Source: Octopus vulgaris
Taxonomy: Eukaryota
Direction: 5' to 3'
Length of the DNA stretch: 64,000 nucleotides
Assembly (NCBI GenBank): GCA_951406725.2
Contig: OX597820.1
Location: forward strand, 64,046,001 to 64,110,000
The notes below the pieces were generated by a model. It did no database searches. It was not told the DNA's origin and saw only the letters and a program-made list of their open reading frames with translations. This document shows, in pieces, positions 13,514-27,757 of the stretch. How positions within the stretch are numbered: the first letter of the stretch is position 1; the number at the start of each line of letters is the position of its first letter. The position numbers and the translations under genes are program-made.

Positions 13514-13945
13514 GAACGAGAGAACAATGCAATGCATGCTATCAAAGTGACACTGGGGTACAAATATACGATGCACAATATACCCATCAAGATTACCCAT
13601 CTGATAAGGGTACATCTGGCGCATACATCACAACGATATGTGCGCGATGTGTTGGTCTCATATCAAGATAAACAGCACATGTCCTTTAAGGAGGGGCTCA
13701 GCTGAAATTTTTCTTTGGGTCGAGTAGGCCATCCCCCTCAAAAGGTCCCTGAATAAGGTTTGTTTAAGGATGATGAACAAAACACCCATGCTTCCAGCGG
13801 GAAATTATTCAGACCCTAAAGAAATTCTGTCAACACATGGCTATGATGTTTTCCTCACTGCTACTGTTCATTATCAAAGATGCACATAATGTTAGCCATT
13901 AAGTGGGGTGCTCATTTGGTGAAGGACAAGCAAGTGACAAGCAGT
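13514..13945. mobile_element. (ATT)n-anchored non-coding interspersed repeat, copy 1
   Basis: atcaaagtgacactggggta...tctcatatcaagataaacag...tttaaggatgatgaacaaaacac is shared with 14548-15447. Confidence 0.8.
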
Positions 13946-14099
13946 TCCTTGACTCTTCTGAGTTCAAATATCACCGAGGTCGATTTTGCATTTCGTCCTT
14001 TCGAAGTCATTAAATCAAGTACCACTTGAGTACTGGAGTCGATATTGTCGACTGACCTCCTCCTCACAAATTCCAGGCCATGTGCATACAGTACAAAGG

Positions 14100-14147
<48 letters not shown>

Positions 14148-14172
14148 GCTGTTGTTGTTGTTATTATTATTA

Positions 14173-14265
<93 letters not shown>

Positions 14266-14269
14266 TGTA

Positions 14270-14485
14270 GTTTTATTTTTATAGCGTGCTTTCACTTAAC
14301 TACCGAGCGCAGCTCTGTGTGATTTGGATGAGCTGTGGTTTGTTGTGATGTTCGTATGATTACTGCATTGAAAGTGTTTTGCGTAGGACGTGTGCAGTGC
14401 CCAGTAGTGCAATTTTCTGTATGTTATATATATTTGTAGGTCTTGGTGTTTTCGTTATATTTTTGTCTGAATATTTTTTCATACC
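14270..14485 (-). mobile_element. R4/Dong-like 3' end fragment within (TAA)n
   Basis: Minus strand encodes ...NIYNIQKIALLGTAHVLRKTLSM; flanked by long (ATT)n tracts. Confidence 0.7.
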
Positions 14486-14547
<62 letters not shown>

Positions 14548-15442
14548 GAGTGAGAGATCAGTGCATGGCATCAAAGTGACACTGGGGTAAAATATACAAA
14601 GCTCAGGATACCCATCATGACTACCTTTCTGATATGTGTACACCAGGCACGTGCATCACAACCATATGTGCGCGAAATAGTGATCTCATATCAAGATAAA
14701 CAGATCATGACCTCACAGGTAGAACCCAGTTAGAATTTTCGTTAGTTCGAGTAGCCCATTCCGCTCAAAAGCTCCATGAATAAGGGCTGTTTAAGGATGA
14801 TGAACAAAACACACATGTTTCCGTAGGTTAATTATTCAAACCTCAAAGAATTTCCTCTTGGCACATGGCTGCGTTACTCCTCCACTACTTCTGTTCGTGA
14901 TCAGAGATGCTCATATCGTCAGCCACATATCGTCAGAATGCTCAGGTGGTTACAGTCTAGCAACAGACAAACAAATCTGTGGTATGGAGCAAAGTATTTG
15001 CTGTAGGTGAGGGCGCGTGGCTTAGTGGTTAGGGATTCGGCTCATGATCGTAAGGTTGTGAGTTCGATTCCCGGCGACGCGTTGTGTCCTTGAGCAAGAC
15101 ACTTTATTTCACGTTGCTCCAGTCCACTCAGCTGGCAAAAATGAGTTGTACTTGTATTTCAAAGGGTCAGCCTTGTCACTCTCTGTGTCACGCTGATTAT
15201 CCCCGAGAACTACGTTAAGGGTACACGTGTCTGTGGAATGCTCAGCCATTTGCACGTTAATTTCACGAGCAAGCTGTTCTGTTGATCGTATCAGCTGGGA
15301 CCCTCGTCGTCGTAACCGGCAGTGTCTTTGGAATTTGCTGTAGACTGTCTTTTATGCTGAGACAAAACAATGTACATGATAATACTTCCAATCAGTTAAG
15401 ATCAGAAGCCATGAGAGCCACTGCCTAGAACTGCATCAATAC

Positions 15443-15447
<5 letters not shown>
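14548..15447. mobile_element. (ATT)n-anchored non-coding interspersed repeat, copy 2, interrupted by a SINE
   Basis: Homologous to 13514-13945; (ATT)n on both ends. Confidence 0.8.
15007..15332 (+). mobile_element. Full-length tRNA-derived CORE-type SINE (family C) with an 11-bp TSD
   Basis: A-box tggcttagtgg, B-box gttcgattc, CORE-like gtgtccttgagcaagacactt; TSD atttgctgtag at 14996-15006 and 15333-15343. Confidence 0.9.
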
Positions 15448-15475
<28 letters not shown>

Positions 15476-15484
15476 GTTATTCTT

Positions 15485-15859
15485 CTTCTTTCTTCAAATT
15501 TTCTTCCGTTTCTCGCCGAGTTTTTTCCATACACCTAGGGCAGAGAAGCTCATTGTATACATTCCCAGATTACTCACGCAAATTCACAGATAAAATATAT
15601 ATTTAAAAATTAATAAATGAATAAATTCATGGATGGATGTTGTTTTCACAGCGATAGTGCTCTTCTCAGTACATGAGCCGTTCCAGTTAATACGATTTTT
15701 TGCACTTCCTGTAGGGGTGGTAAGCCTGGAATCATTTTCAAATAGGTTTCGGTACCTTTTTTTATCATTCCTAGAGATCCTACAATCACTGGTACTGTAG
15801 TCGCCTTGAGATGCCACATGTTTTCAATTTCTATTAGCAGGTCTTTATATTTACTAATC

Positions 15860-15860
<1 letters not shown>
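15485..15860 (-). mobile_element. R4/Dong-like 3' end within (TAA)n
   Basis: KISKYKDLLIEIENMWHLKATTVPVIVGSLGMIKK...LQEVQKIVLTGTAHVLRRALSL; close relative of 11125-11520, including the 3' UTR. Confidence 0.85.
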
Positions 15861-15897
<37 letters not shown>

Positions 15898-15920
15898 ATT
15901 ATTAATATTATTATTATTAT

Positions 15921-16330
15921 TCGGAAGAAAATTTCCCAACATCGGACTACAGCTAGTAACCTTTGATGTCAAAAATCCTCCTAAGTATCCTAGATGTCTC
16001 TTATAACAGTTTTCAGAAGTTGTACTAAACTGGGATCTATGCCTATATATTCTTATACATCTGTTCAAATGTTTAAGGATAGAAACTAATGCACCTATAA
16101 CTACTGGAATACATTTTACCCGCACATTCAATAGTATCTTTAAAACAATGGTTAGGTCCTTGTACTTTGCTATTTTTACTATTATTTTCATATCAATTTT
16201 TTTTTCATTATTTGGGACTTTAAATTCAATTATCTTTCTTTCTATTCTCATTATCTACTACTACTAAATCAAGCCTTCTAGCTTCTATTACTCTGTCAGA
16301 CTGAATGTTAAAGTCCCACAATATTTTAGA
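15921..16330 (-). mobile_element. Diverged R4/Dong-like RLE fragment
   Basis: Minus strand KILWDFNIQSDRVIEARRLDLVVVD...KIAKYKDL...IPVVIGAL (PD-D/ExK region); bounded by ATT/ATC repeats. Confidence 0.75.
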
Positions 16331-17689
16331 TCATCATCATCATTATCATTATTGTTATTATTATTATTATTATTATCATTATTATTGTTATTATTCGTTC
16401 GAATTCATGTGTTTGTCCGCTCGTAAGTTTTTGCTCTGAATTGTGGTTTCTAAAAGTTGTTAATTAACCAAAACGCCACCTTTGCACAGGTTGGCTGCGT
16501 TGGGTTGTTAGTGCTTCCTTGGGAGCTGTAATGCCAAAATAATTGTTTCGAACTTAATTTTAAGAACACTACAAGCATGGCGATGCCATGTTTGTTGAAG
16601 GTCATAGAAGAGGAAGGGAGAGGTGCTTCACACAGAGGGGTGCAAGATGCCTCACTGCTCTCTGCCTACTACCCATAAAGAAAAGGGGAGACGACTACAT
16701 AACAGGTTCAAATTCACGCGAAAGACACGAATGAGAAGAAAGATGCCAAGTCGTCAACCAACAATATTAGTAGCAACAAATTCAGCGACATAAGAAACTA
16801 CGAAGCTGAATTCCCTCCAATCGAATGGAATATTCCAACATAAAAGACAGCTCATAGCAGCAGCAACACAACTACAACCGACTCTGCTACCACTACCGCT
16901 ACAATGAATAAACTAACTACAGAACCATGACAACAACTGACTCCACCACCGCCACCAATACAAGAATAACATCGAAATAAATGGCAAACATTTCTTTCGC
17001 TGTAACGGCAGCCAAGGGCAAGGAATCTTTTTTGCATGACTTGCTTACGAAACACGTGTTTAGCTGAGGCAGCTAAATTAATAAGACTTGAGATCCATCG
17101 GCAGCACACAGATGAGGGGGAACCCCCAAAACCGAAGCAACAGATCAGGAATGGCAAAGTGACAGCATGTCCCACAACAACACACGCACCAAAAAACATT
17201 GAAAACACACCCACAGTTGGTACATACATACCTAGAGCATCACTAACCTCTCCAGCATCACAATCACAAACTGCTCCACCGACACTAACCCTACTTCAAC
17301 AACAGACCAAAAGAAAGCAATCCCAGCAGCAACAAGCAACCACACAAACACAAAACTTCGTGTTAGTGATGAGGTCAAATAATCAGTTGATGGAGCTTTT
17401 AGTGCGAAGGAAGGATGTCGAGAGAGAGAGGGGTGATCTTTGGCGCTAGCAACTTTCAAGGGCCAGAAAAAAATGATGTTAGTGCGAATGCTTATAGAAG
17501 CATTTAAATGCATTAGGAAAGGTTTCATGCAAGATGTCGGAACCCCTAATGTCGCGACGCGACTAGGCTTTTGAAGGAGTTCTCAGAGGAACCACAACAA
17601 CTCATGGACGTTGAGCCATCTGACTTCCTACGACACCTGAGGGTTAAGCAGACGCCTTTTATGTCTTCTCCACAGTCTGGCCGGTCACC

Positions 17690-18680
17690 ATGAGTTGTTT
17701 AAGTGTAGGTAGTATAAATGTTCGTGGCCTGGGGTCGCTCTGGAAGCAGGTTCGCTCGCTCAATGACCTCAGGTAACTATCTATGGATATGAAAGCCGTC
17801 AGCGAAACCAATATTTCCAACACATCCGTCTAGCCTCCATTTTTGAAGATTTTGAGATCTACACACCTCTTAGTCGGCCTGGAAGGGGTTTGGGGCAGTG
17901 CTGTTTAGGAAAGGCCTGGACCTCAAAAACAGTCTATCTTACTGGACACGGAATGTAACTTGGTGGTCCTGGATGTAAGCAACACCGAAGGTTGTGCATT
18001 CAACCATGGGCGAGTCAACCAGGTTTATTTAGACGTTTGTGGGGTTTCCAGAGGATGTCGCTCTCTTTAGTTCTAGTGGGCGACTGGCACGCCATTTTGG
18101 ATGTACGCTTGGATAGTGTGGGGCAAGCCGTTAGGAGAGTGGGGTGCAAAAGCCTCACAAACCTGCCCAGTCGTTTCTAATTGGTTGATAGTTACCGACT
18201 GGACTCTCATTTGAGACAATGTGGACATGAGAACCGGGTTTTCCAGATCGTATTTAGATAAGATATTTTGTAGGACAGTAGATAGAGGTAGCACTTCTGT
18301 CCACTAGGTTGTCCACTATTGAAAGTCGTCACCTACACAGACCATAAATTTGTAATTTGCTCGGTCGACAAAGATAGGATCCAAAAGCTAAGCCCAGGGT
18401 ACTGGAAACTGTACACATCTTTCCAGGCGCGTGAAGCGTTCAGAAACTGAGTTAGTGAGTTAGTCCTTCGGAAGTTGGCAGGCGCAATCGTCAACAGCCG
18501 TTGGCGGATAACCATGAAAAGGGCTATTAGAGTAGAGGCAGTAGCATTTAGCGAATAATAATTTTACAAGAATCTAGGATAGAGGAAGAGCTGGTTAGGA
18601 AGTTAGAAGAGGCAGTTAGGAGAGTCCTGTCCAAGATGTGTGCAGGGTGACGAGACTGTCCTGCACGCCTGTGTCCAGCA
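17690..18680 (+). pseudogene. Tx1/L1-clade ORF2 remnant: APE endonuclease joined to the C-terminal zinc finger, RT deleted
   Basis: MSCLSVGSINVRGLG...SETN, LVGDWHAILD, SYLDKIF, YTDHKFV...PGYWKL, then directly CPRCVQGDETVLHA. There are many stops and frameshifts. The upstream ~16.4-17.6 kb is probably its decayed ORF1/5' region. Confidence 0.8.
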
Positions 18681-18845
18681 GTTTTCACGTGTAGGACGGA
18701 TCCAGTTACCAGCCGTGCAGACCATTATTAAGGAAAGTACTATCCAATAAACGCGCTTCCCTTTCTTCGGATATTACATATAAAGGACTACATATTTAAA
18801 CCTCCCTACGTCCCCACCTCTCTCTCTCTCTCTCTCGCTCTCTCG

Positions 18846-18902
<57 letters not shown>

Positions 18903-19324
18903 GAAAAGACGATTATGCGCTAGTTGAGAGTGATTTGGTTGTTTTTTCTAGCATCTTGAGCGATTACGTTGGTGCTCTGTAATTACTTCTTGATTTATTG
19001 TTTAGCTTTCTAAGAAAGTAATTTTACTTTCTTAGAGAATAATTTTCATTGCTAAGGGTATAGAATAATGCTTCAATATTACCGCGATGTTACTGATTGC
19101 TACAGTAAACGTACTGATTAATAAGATTATTGCTGTCATTGCTAATGTGTTATTACTGACTGTTCAATCGATAATCGTGAATGAGAAGTCGATTCTATTG
19201 ATTAATAAGTCGACAATAATCACCACCATGATGATAACTCTCGATCATTATTTTATAAATATTTCCTTCTTATATTGTCATAAATCCATTGATTTATGTT
19301 TGTTGTTTGATACGTAGCTGCAAC

Positions 19325-19372
<48 letters not shown>

Positions 19373-22147
19373 CCCTCTTGTATTACAGTATCATCATCTT
19401 CATCGTAATCATCATCATCATCATCATCATGTCCTTCATAATCACCACCAGCATCAAGACTACTAACTTCATCACCGTCGTCATTATCATTATCAGCATC
19501 ATACTCCTCCACATCATCACCGTCATCACCATCGCCACCATCACCTCCACCACCGCCATTCACAGTTTATTGATCGATCCGGTGCTACAGTAAAAGACAT
19601 GCGCAAAAAGTAGCGCACTGGGCCTAAAATCACGTGTTTGGAAAACGAGTACCTATAACAGCTACCTAAGAAGATAAGCATGAATACGAATAAAAGAGGA
19701 AACCGGTAACCAAGGATCACAACTCTACACTGAGCAAAAAGTAACATTTTAATCCACTATTTATATCATACATAATTATGTATAATTAATTAAATTCTCA
19801 CAGTATAATTGTTGTATAACACACTTCATCAGATACACTACACAGCCATCACACAATAATATAACGCAATGATCAGCAACAGAAGTTCTACAAAATCAGA
19901 ACCCCTTACTATGACCTAACATTATCACTGTATTTCTTAACGCACACTTAGTAACCAACAAAATAATTCAATCTATGTTTTTATATTATGAATACTCGAC
20001 AATATAGCAAATCCCGAACAGCACATATCTATCATTAATCTTATATTCTGTGTAATTTCCACCCAGTAATATAATGCAATCCATAATGGACTCTTTCGTC
20101 GCTTCGATGAAGAGAGTTCAGCATGATACAGCTACGGGGTGGCGATGGCGACGGTGACGACGATGACGATGATGATGAAGACCAGGAGAGGGAGGAGGAC
20201 GATGATGATGTTGAGAAGACGGAGAAGGTGGAGGAGGATTACAACGACGACGTCGATGATCATGATCATGATATTAATCCTAACAACAATAATAATTAAA
20301 TGTAACATTTGTTCTATTAAAGAATTTATAAAGCCTGCAATAACATATTGTTTTTGAAGTACTAGACTGGTACTAATAAACCTACAATCTATAGACCGAA
20401 ACACAAGTACTCTTCTAAAGCTCAACAACTTATATTAAGTAATATATTTGACATTCAATGATTATACAGACCATGAAGAGAAGCATTAAAAACAGGAACG
20501 GAGTCATCCGTGTAGACAGCACCAAACATTGGTACTGATGCCAAGTATTAGATCTAAAGGCATCAAGTTCAGTTTGAATAATCTAGTAACGACATCCCAG
20601 CAAGACGACTCGTTTTACTGTTTTCATAACACCTCGGGAGATACAAGCGAGCATTCTATCTACACCCACTGAAAAAATATTTAAAGAAATAAACGGCTTC
20701 GTACAAAATTCTTCGTAAAAGCATACCTCAAAGGTCAATTTAGGAAAGTAGAAATTATCTTTTTTTCCGATATTTTCTCGTTTTAGCAAGTCGTCGATAG
20801 AATGTTTCTATCTGGTTCTCAACGACCCTCAGTCGTACAGAATTATTATCCTTAAAAAGGATGGATCTTTATAACGCTCACTCAGTATCACAGTATAAAT
20901 ACTATATCAACACAGACACGACTATCAACATAGATAACAAGTACTCTCAACCTTTTGACCCTCTTCTGTGGACCTGCTACTAGTCTATTTATCATGGCTG
21001 GTTACTACCACTTTTTACTGGAATGGGTGTACAGTTTCACTATACAACTAATTAGAGGAAGAAAGGCAGATGGCATTGACTTTTCCGGAGCGTCTATGAG
21101 AAGAGAGGTCAATATACGTAAACAGGCGGCATGAGCTAAAAGAGAGAAGAATACGCTGAAGAGCCAGAAGATTATATTAACAATTTTGTCGCATTAGTTC
21201 CTTATAAACAACAGGTACAATCCCACCGACAATTTTCAACTAGATTTAAATTCTCAAATTTCAATCCGGATATTTAGTCGAACCGAGGATATGGCGGAAG
21301 ATATTTACTCAATTCGCTGCTTTGTGGGATTGAATTCAATACCACATATTACAAAGCGAACTTCTTAAACATAGATCTAAGTCTGCGCCAAATTACCGAA
21401 ATAAAGAGGACAGCAAAGTTGAGAATTTATTGATACGGAAATTCAAGACAAAAAGGATTGACATCAATAACTATAAACCTATTAGATTTTTATGTTGAAC
21501 AGACAGGAGTGAACTGCTTTGATAACTTTATAAAAGTCATGGAGACAAACTACGCTTGTATACTTATTGGTATGGCTTGACAACACTAGACATTTCATTT
21601 AAAGAAGTTTGAAAATATAAAATGACATCTCATTACAGAAGACTGTAAATATCAAAAAAACGAAGAAAAGGAAAAGAAAAAAAAAAGAAAAGAAAAGGAA
21701 AAACCTGGAGGCGAAAATATTGATGATGTGGAATATAACACAAGAATAGTTCTCGCAGTTGTATGATTGTGTTACGTGTAGTGTGGTGTAGTGCCTAACA
21801 GAAATTTGAAAAAATGCCAAGTAAACTCCGTATGTGAAAATCGGAATATAGAGCTTCTTGTGAGTACCAATATTCTGCGAAGACAATAATTAATGAACTG
21901 CAAACGAAATTGAAAGTCTAAGAACTAAAACTCTAGACATCTTCAGTTTTATAGAGTGGATTCAGACGAAAGAAATATGCGTACCTTGTAATAACAATAG
22001 AAAAATAAAATGAACTGAAAAGTTTCCACTTCGAAGATACAAGGAACAGAGTCTCTCTCTTTCCCACCCTCTCTCTCTCTCTCTCTCCATACACATACAC
22101 TCACACATACATATCAATAATAATAATAATAAGGAACATTAAGAAGT

Positions 22148-22191
<44 letters not shown>

Positions 22192-22196
22192 TACAT

Positions 22197-22262
<66 letters not shown>

Positions 22263-22771
22263 GTAAGTATGTATATATGTATATATGTAAACACAGCGTT
22301 TCAAATTATTAACAATAACATAATAATTCTTGTTATGTCTTTACGCCTTTGTAACTTACACACTCACCGGTTCGATTTCAAATCGGTTTATTTTTATATT
22401 TATTTTGCCTTTCTTCCAGAATTTCTCGTTGCTTTTTGCAACCTTCTCTATAGTTGTTGACATTTTTATTCTATTTATAAACTATTCGATAGAATTCAAC
22501 AACATTTTCACAGGAATGTGGCAACAGTCATATGTGCGTGGTGTATATAAAAAAAAATTAGGTTCCGTAAAACAGTATGGAAAATACAGCCATTTTCCAA
22601 ATTTAAATAAACTTTCCATGTTTCAAATTATTAGCGAGAGGAGTATTTAAACCTCATGTAAACAAGACAATCCCCATGTAATTGTTTCATGCACATAGTG
22701 GAAGGAACACATGTAGTCATAACCATGGAACAATCAGAAATAAACAAATAAACAGCGTTTGAAATTGATTG

Positions 22772-23005
22772 TTAAGCTGGTTTGTATGGGATATATGAGC
22801 CTCGGTTTGAAATAAGCTGGAAAAGGCGCTGGTCCGTGGAGCATGCTAATTTCTGGTTCTCCTCTTGTATTATACCACGCGTTACATCCACTATTACTTC
22901 CCACAGGTCATCCTTGCTCCCAAATTGGAGCCCATTCTCGTAAACTGGTCGCTGTAGATTACTCCACAAGATTTTATTGGGTTTAAGTCGGGGGAACAGG
23001 CTGCT
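22772..23005 (-). pseudogene. Tc1-family transposase C-terminal remnant
   Basis: ACSPDLNP(I..N)LWSNLQRPVYENGLQFGSKDDLWEVI...RLFQLISNRGSY matches the Tc1 SPDLNPIENLW motif. Confidence 0.8.
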
Positions 23006-24649
23006 TCAACTTCCGAGGTCCATAAAAGCCTAACTGTTGCAGACGCTCTGTAGTTTTCTTCATTCTGATGTAGTTTGCCATCATTCTGGGGAAATTTCGT
23101 TGAATTCCAAGTCGTTTTTAACTAAAATAAAAATGATGTTACGTAGTTAGTAATTTGAAACGCAATGTGTGTGTGTGTGTCTGTGTGTGTGTCTGTGTGT
23201 GTGTCTGTCTGTGTTTATCTTGTTAGTAGTTAAAAAATATATCTATTTGCAATCAGCAGCAGAAATTTTTAAACGAATGTTCACTGTTGTGGGCTTTTAA
23301 AATCCAAAAGCGAGTGAGATCAGTGACGAAGCTACAGCCCTTGAGTTTCAACCTACACAGTATTATAAACCAGATACCAAAGCTACCTACCCCATTAGTT
23401 ACGTAACAGAGATATCTCTAATTAATAATATTTGCTATACAAAATTCTTGGGGAATAAACACACGGCAGTTTTTTAAACTTAGAAGGATGAAAACCCGTT
23501 CACTGCTTTTATATTTAGTTACTTTCAAATACACGATCTATTCATAAACGCATTGTATATATATTCCAGAAGTTTGTCTGGTCTGATATTATCAGTTATA
23601 TCGCTTAATTATGGTGTCTATATGCCCGGACCTGTGCCTTGGAGGGTAACTTTCTAGGTGCAATCCCATGGTCATTCGTGACCGAGAGGAGTCTCCGGTG
23701 TCTATATTTATATCTCACTTGGGATAGATTATTTATCTTGTAATTTTCAAGGCTAATAAACGTGTTTTTTTTTTACCGAACTATAACATTGCATATGCAA
23801 AACTCTACTGTATTTCAAAGAAAACTGCCCAGAGGTATTTCGACACAGAACTGCAACTTAAGCCACGCAAATTTCAAGTACTATATAAATGATTACAAAT
23901 GGCTGGTGCTCATCTTTAATTATATTCCACATTGTATAGGCCATATGTACAACAGTGTCACTCTTCTAAGATATCTTGCAGTAGATTCACTCTGTATTGT
24001 ACCATTAAATTTCACTCAAAATCATTCAAAATGTTGATAAACGTTAGAAGGAAAAAGAACTGCTCTGTTGCCAGTTTTCTTGATCATATTTCTTTTGGCA
24101 AACCTACTGGGAAGATAACTGCTTGCTTTGATTTATTGCAGGAGCGGGGGGATCGTGGTTACGTTGCTTCTATATGTGACAACAACTGTTCGGCATCACT
24201 CCACAAATTAACAATGTTTGAGAACTGAAAGGATGTGTGGATAACTATTTCAGCGCTCTCCAGAATTAGATCATATACTGAGATAATTAACATCAAGATA
24301 TTGATTATCAATAAATCCAGGAAAGTGACAATTATAGAAAAGCAAACAAAACACTGGTGAAATATCCGACTTCAAAAGCAAATGAACATACACCTGATGC
24401 AGTCTGAATGTAGATTCGGATAAAACTAGTAAAGAAATATATGACGAAAGACCAGGCAACAAGGTGACAAATATCACGATTACATTGTAAAACTCTTGTT
24501 CAGAGAGACTTTAAGAAGTTTGGCCTCAAAAATGGAGGCGTGTGCAGAGCGACTGTCAGGGAGACTTTACGTTGTTGCAACCAAAATATCTTTCAAGTCA
24601 CATCCAGTTCTAATAGCAAGTATGCCCGCCAAATTATATATTGGTGTTA

Positions 24650-24830
24650 AATATTGGCACGAGGTCACCAATTTTGGGTACTCAATTTGTATTTATCGAC
24701 CTCGAAAGGATGAAAAACAAAGTCGACCTCGACATAATGTGAACTCAGAATGCAAGGAGAGACGAAGTGCCGCTCAGCATTTTGTCCGGCTAGCTATTTT
24801 GTCATCTAGCCGCCTTCCGCCAATTAAAAA
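24650..24830 (-). mobile_element. Diverged SINE family B copy
   Basis: tttatcgacctcgaaaggatgaaaaacaaagtcgacctcg...gaactcagaa is the reverse complement of the family B body. Confidence 0.75.
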
Positions 24831-24945
24831 TAAGGCTTTGCGTTATGCAGCTCTCGACACACTAAGCATGTAGAAAAGACGGAATGGTAAAGTCTGGAGA
24901 ATATTTAGTCGTAGATCTGCTCAACATAATTCTGAACAAAACCTG

Positions 24946-25030
<85 letters not shown>

Positions 25031-25114
25031 TTATCCATCTATAGATAGAGAGATAGACAGACAGGTAGGCTGGTAGGGAGGTAGGTGATGGATAAATAGA
25101 TATATAGATAGACA

Positions 25115-25235
25115 AAGTTTTTGTTGGTCTGAAGCTATAGCAGAAGACCCATGCCAACTCACCACACAGTGGGACTGAAACCAGGACCATGTGTTTTGGA
25201 ACGAAGTTTGTTACCACCCAGCCACGCCTGCACCT
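25115..25235 (-). mobile_element. SINE family A 5' part
   Basis: cagtgggactgaaaccaggaccatgtg...ttaccacccagccacgcctgcacct. Confidence 0.75.
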
Positions 25236-25358
25236 ATGTATGTGTGTGTGCGTATGTGTGTATAGGTGTATATATGTATGCATGTATATATGTGAATATA
25301 TATGTGTACATATTACATGTATATCTATATATATATATACATCTAAACACACACACAA

Positions 25359-25390
<32 letters not shown>

Positions 25391-26755
25391 ATATATATAT
25401 ATATATATATATACACCCAAATGTGTGGGCTTAGTTCATAGGTGATCTAAACGATTATGTACGCTAGGTAAGTGCTGTAAGTGATTATTAGGGCTCCAAG
25501 GTTATAGCCGAGACGATAGTTATGGGGTCATTGCAGATTTCTGATAAAGCAGATATATAATTGTTAGAGAGGACAACAAACGTTAAGGCAAAGCAATCAT
25601 CTCATGTCATATACGTTATTATTGTTGGAAAACATTCAAAGACTTTGAATTTTTTCCATTAAAAATTATGAATATGACTTGAGATGATTGCTTTGCCACT
25701 TATATTTCTTGAATATGAAGCAAATCAATCTGTGAAAAATGGTCGAAGTTTGTTGCTTCGTAAATGTAATATAAAAGAGCAATGTGCTCAGATAATCAGC
25801 AATCGGCGGGCGTTGCTTGTTGCCCTCATTTATCATCATTTTCATTTGTCATTTCATATAACATTATGTCTATGTCCAGCCCACAGCTTCCCTTCTATGT
25901 AATGCCTATGCGGCAAATATAATAAATGAAGCAAATCAATCATAAGAAAGTGCAACATCAAAACAGATTTGAGTATGTTGTTGATACACCTTGCCGCTGA
26001 GAGACTGTTTAAAATTACTATCATAAAGCGTAGAGAAAAGTATCAGATATTTCACGCACAAAGGATATAAACTACCACAAGTTATCTGTAACAGACACAA
26101 TTATTTCACTTTACTTGTTACAAGCATTTCGATTCAAGTTCTATGGATTATCTTCCTCAATTCAAAAGAAATGTCATTGCAGTGGTCCTTGTTGGGCTGC
26201 TTAACTTCCTACTTTATTTACATTGCTGAGTCAATAAGAAAACATGTTTTCACTTCTGTAGCATTTATCGCGAATTTGATTGTTAACATCCTAATTATTT
26301 TTACTGAATAACAAGGATAAATCCTTTTCCGATTGACATTTTAAATGCATTTCCAGTATATTTTGAAGCAATATCGGCTCCTTTATACTGTTAATGCTCC
26401 TGAGAAAGGCTTTCATGTCATATAATTCCCTGGCTCCCTACGTCACTAAAAGATCAGTCATTTATCTTAATCAAAGGAAATAGAAATATTCCCTGCATCG
26501 TTACCGTTATCTTCTTAAGCATCATCAATATCTTCCAACTCATTATTGTTATATATTAATGTTAATTTCTGATCGTAGTTAATTCTGCTGTTTTCTTTCT
26601 CTTTATCTTTGTTTTCTAGTATGGATAGTATAATTACACTTGGGATTTTTTTTTTCTACATTGCCACATCAAGGAATGTAACTGTAATTATGCAACCGTT
26701 ACCGGCTTCATATCTCCCTCAAGTCTGATCAGCTACCCTCTTCCTCCCCTCTTGA

Positions 26756-27030
<275 letters not shown>

Positions 27031-27291
27031 AAAAGTTAAAAATTAAAAAATTATTTAGATAATTTAAACTTATAAATTTTAAATATATATATATAGAAAT
27101 ATATATATATATATGTATGTATGTATATTTTTATATTTATATCTTATTTTTTTTTATAAATATCAAAAGTATTAAAAGTTTAATAAAAGATAATATATAT
27201 ATATACACATATATATACATATATATATACATATATATATATATACATACATATATATATACATATATATATACATACATATATACATACA

Positions 27292-27353
<62 letters not shown>

Positions 27354-27425
27354 GATGTGTATATGAATGTATGTATGTATGTATCTCTATTTCTCTGTTT
27401 GTCTTTCTCTCTCTATCTCTGTCTG

Positions 27426-27462
<37 letters not shown>

Positions 27463-27531
27463 TTGTATGTGTCCATTGGAGTACGGATGTATGTATGTGA
27501 GTATATGCAAGTATGTATTTGTGCATAGGAC

Positions 27532-27723
27532 GCCATGATAGATCGTTAGCTCCTACACGCATTTTTTTCTCTCCTTGTTTTATTCAGTGTAACTTTCTGT
27601 CGAAGAGCGTAGGCTCGAAACGTAAAAGACTCTTTCTATTTCTATTCTTGAGCGCTATACTAATACATATGTTTGTTTGTACTCCATCTGCCTTCGTCGT
27701 TTGTTTATTTTCGTAAACTTTCC

Positions 27724-27728
<5 letters not shown>
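27532..27728 (+). mobile_element. Solo Penelope pLTR ending in (TA)n, with a hammerhead-like motif at 27593-27628
   Basis: cttt-CTGTCGA-A-GAGC-gtag-GCTC-GAAA-C-GTA-aaag; homologous to the 3' end of the GIY-YIG element at 55930-56100(-). Confidence 0.75.

Positions 27729-27757
<29 letters not shown>

Noticed and set aside
15007-15080. tRNA gene
   Set aside because: The A/B boxes are followed by a CORE-like body and flanked by a TSD, so this is a SINE head; no full cloverleaf is present.
18905-18990. Faint shared motif (gatttggctgctatttctagc-like) also at ~4770, ~43490 and ~63910
   Set aside because: Probably an ancient repeat, but too degenerate to delimit or classify without an alignment.
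21890-21955. Minus-strand CTGAAGA with a gtctag/tagac stem
   Set aside because: GAAA and the cleavage triplet are absent.
25600-26600. Complex AT-rich stretch that might be a decayed transposase (likewise 7.7-8.7, 20.4-21.9 and 24.0-24.5 kb)
   Set aside because: No recognisable motif in any frame that I could support by eye.
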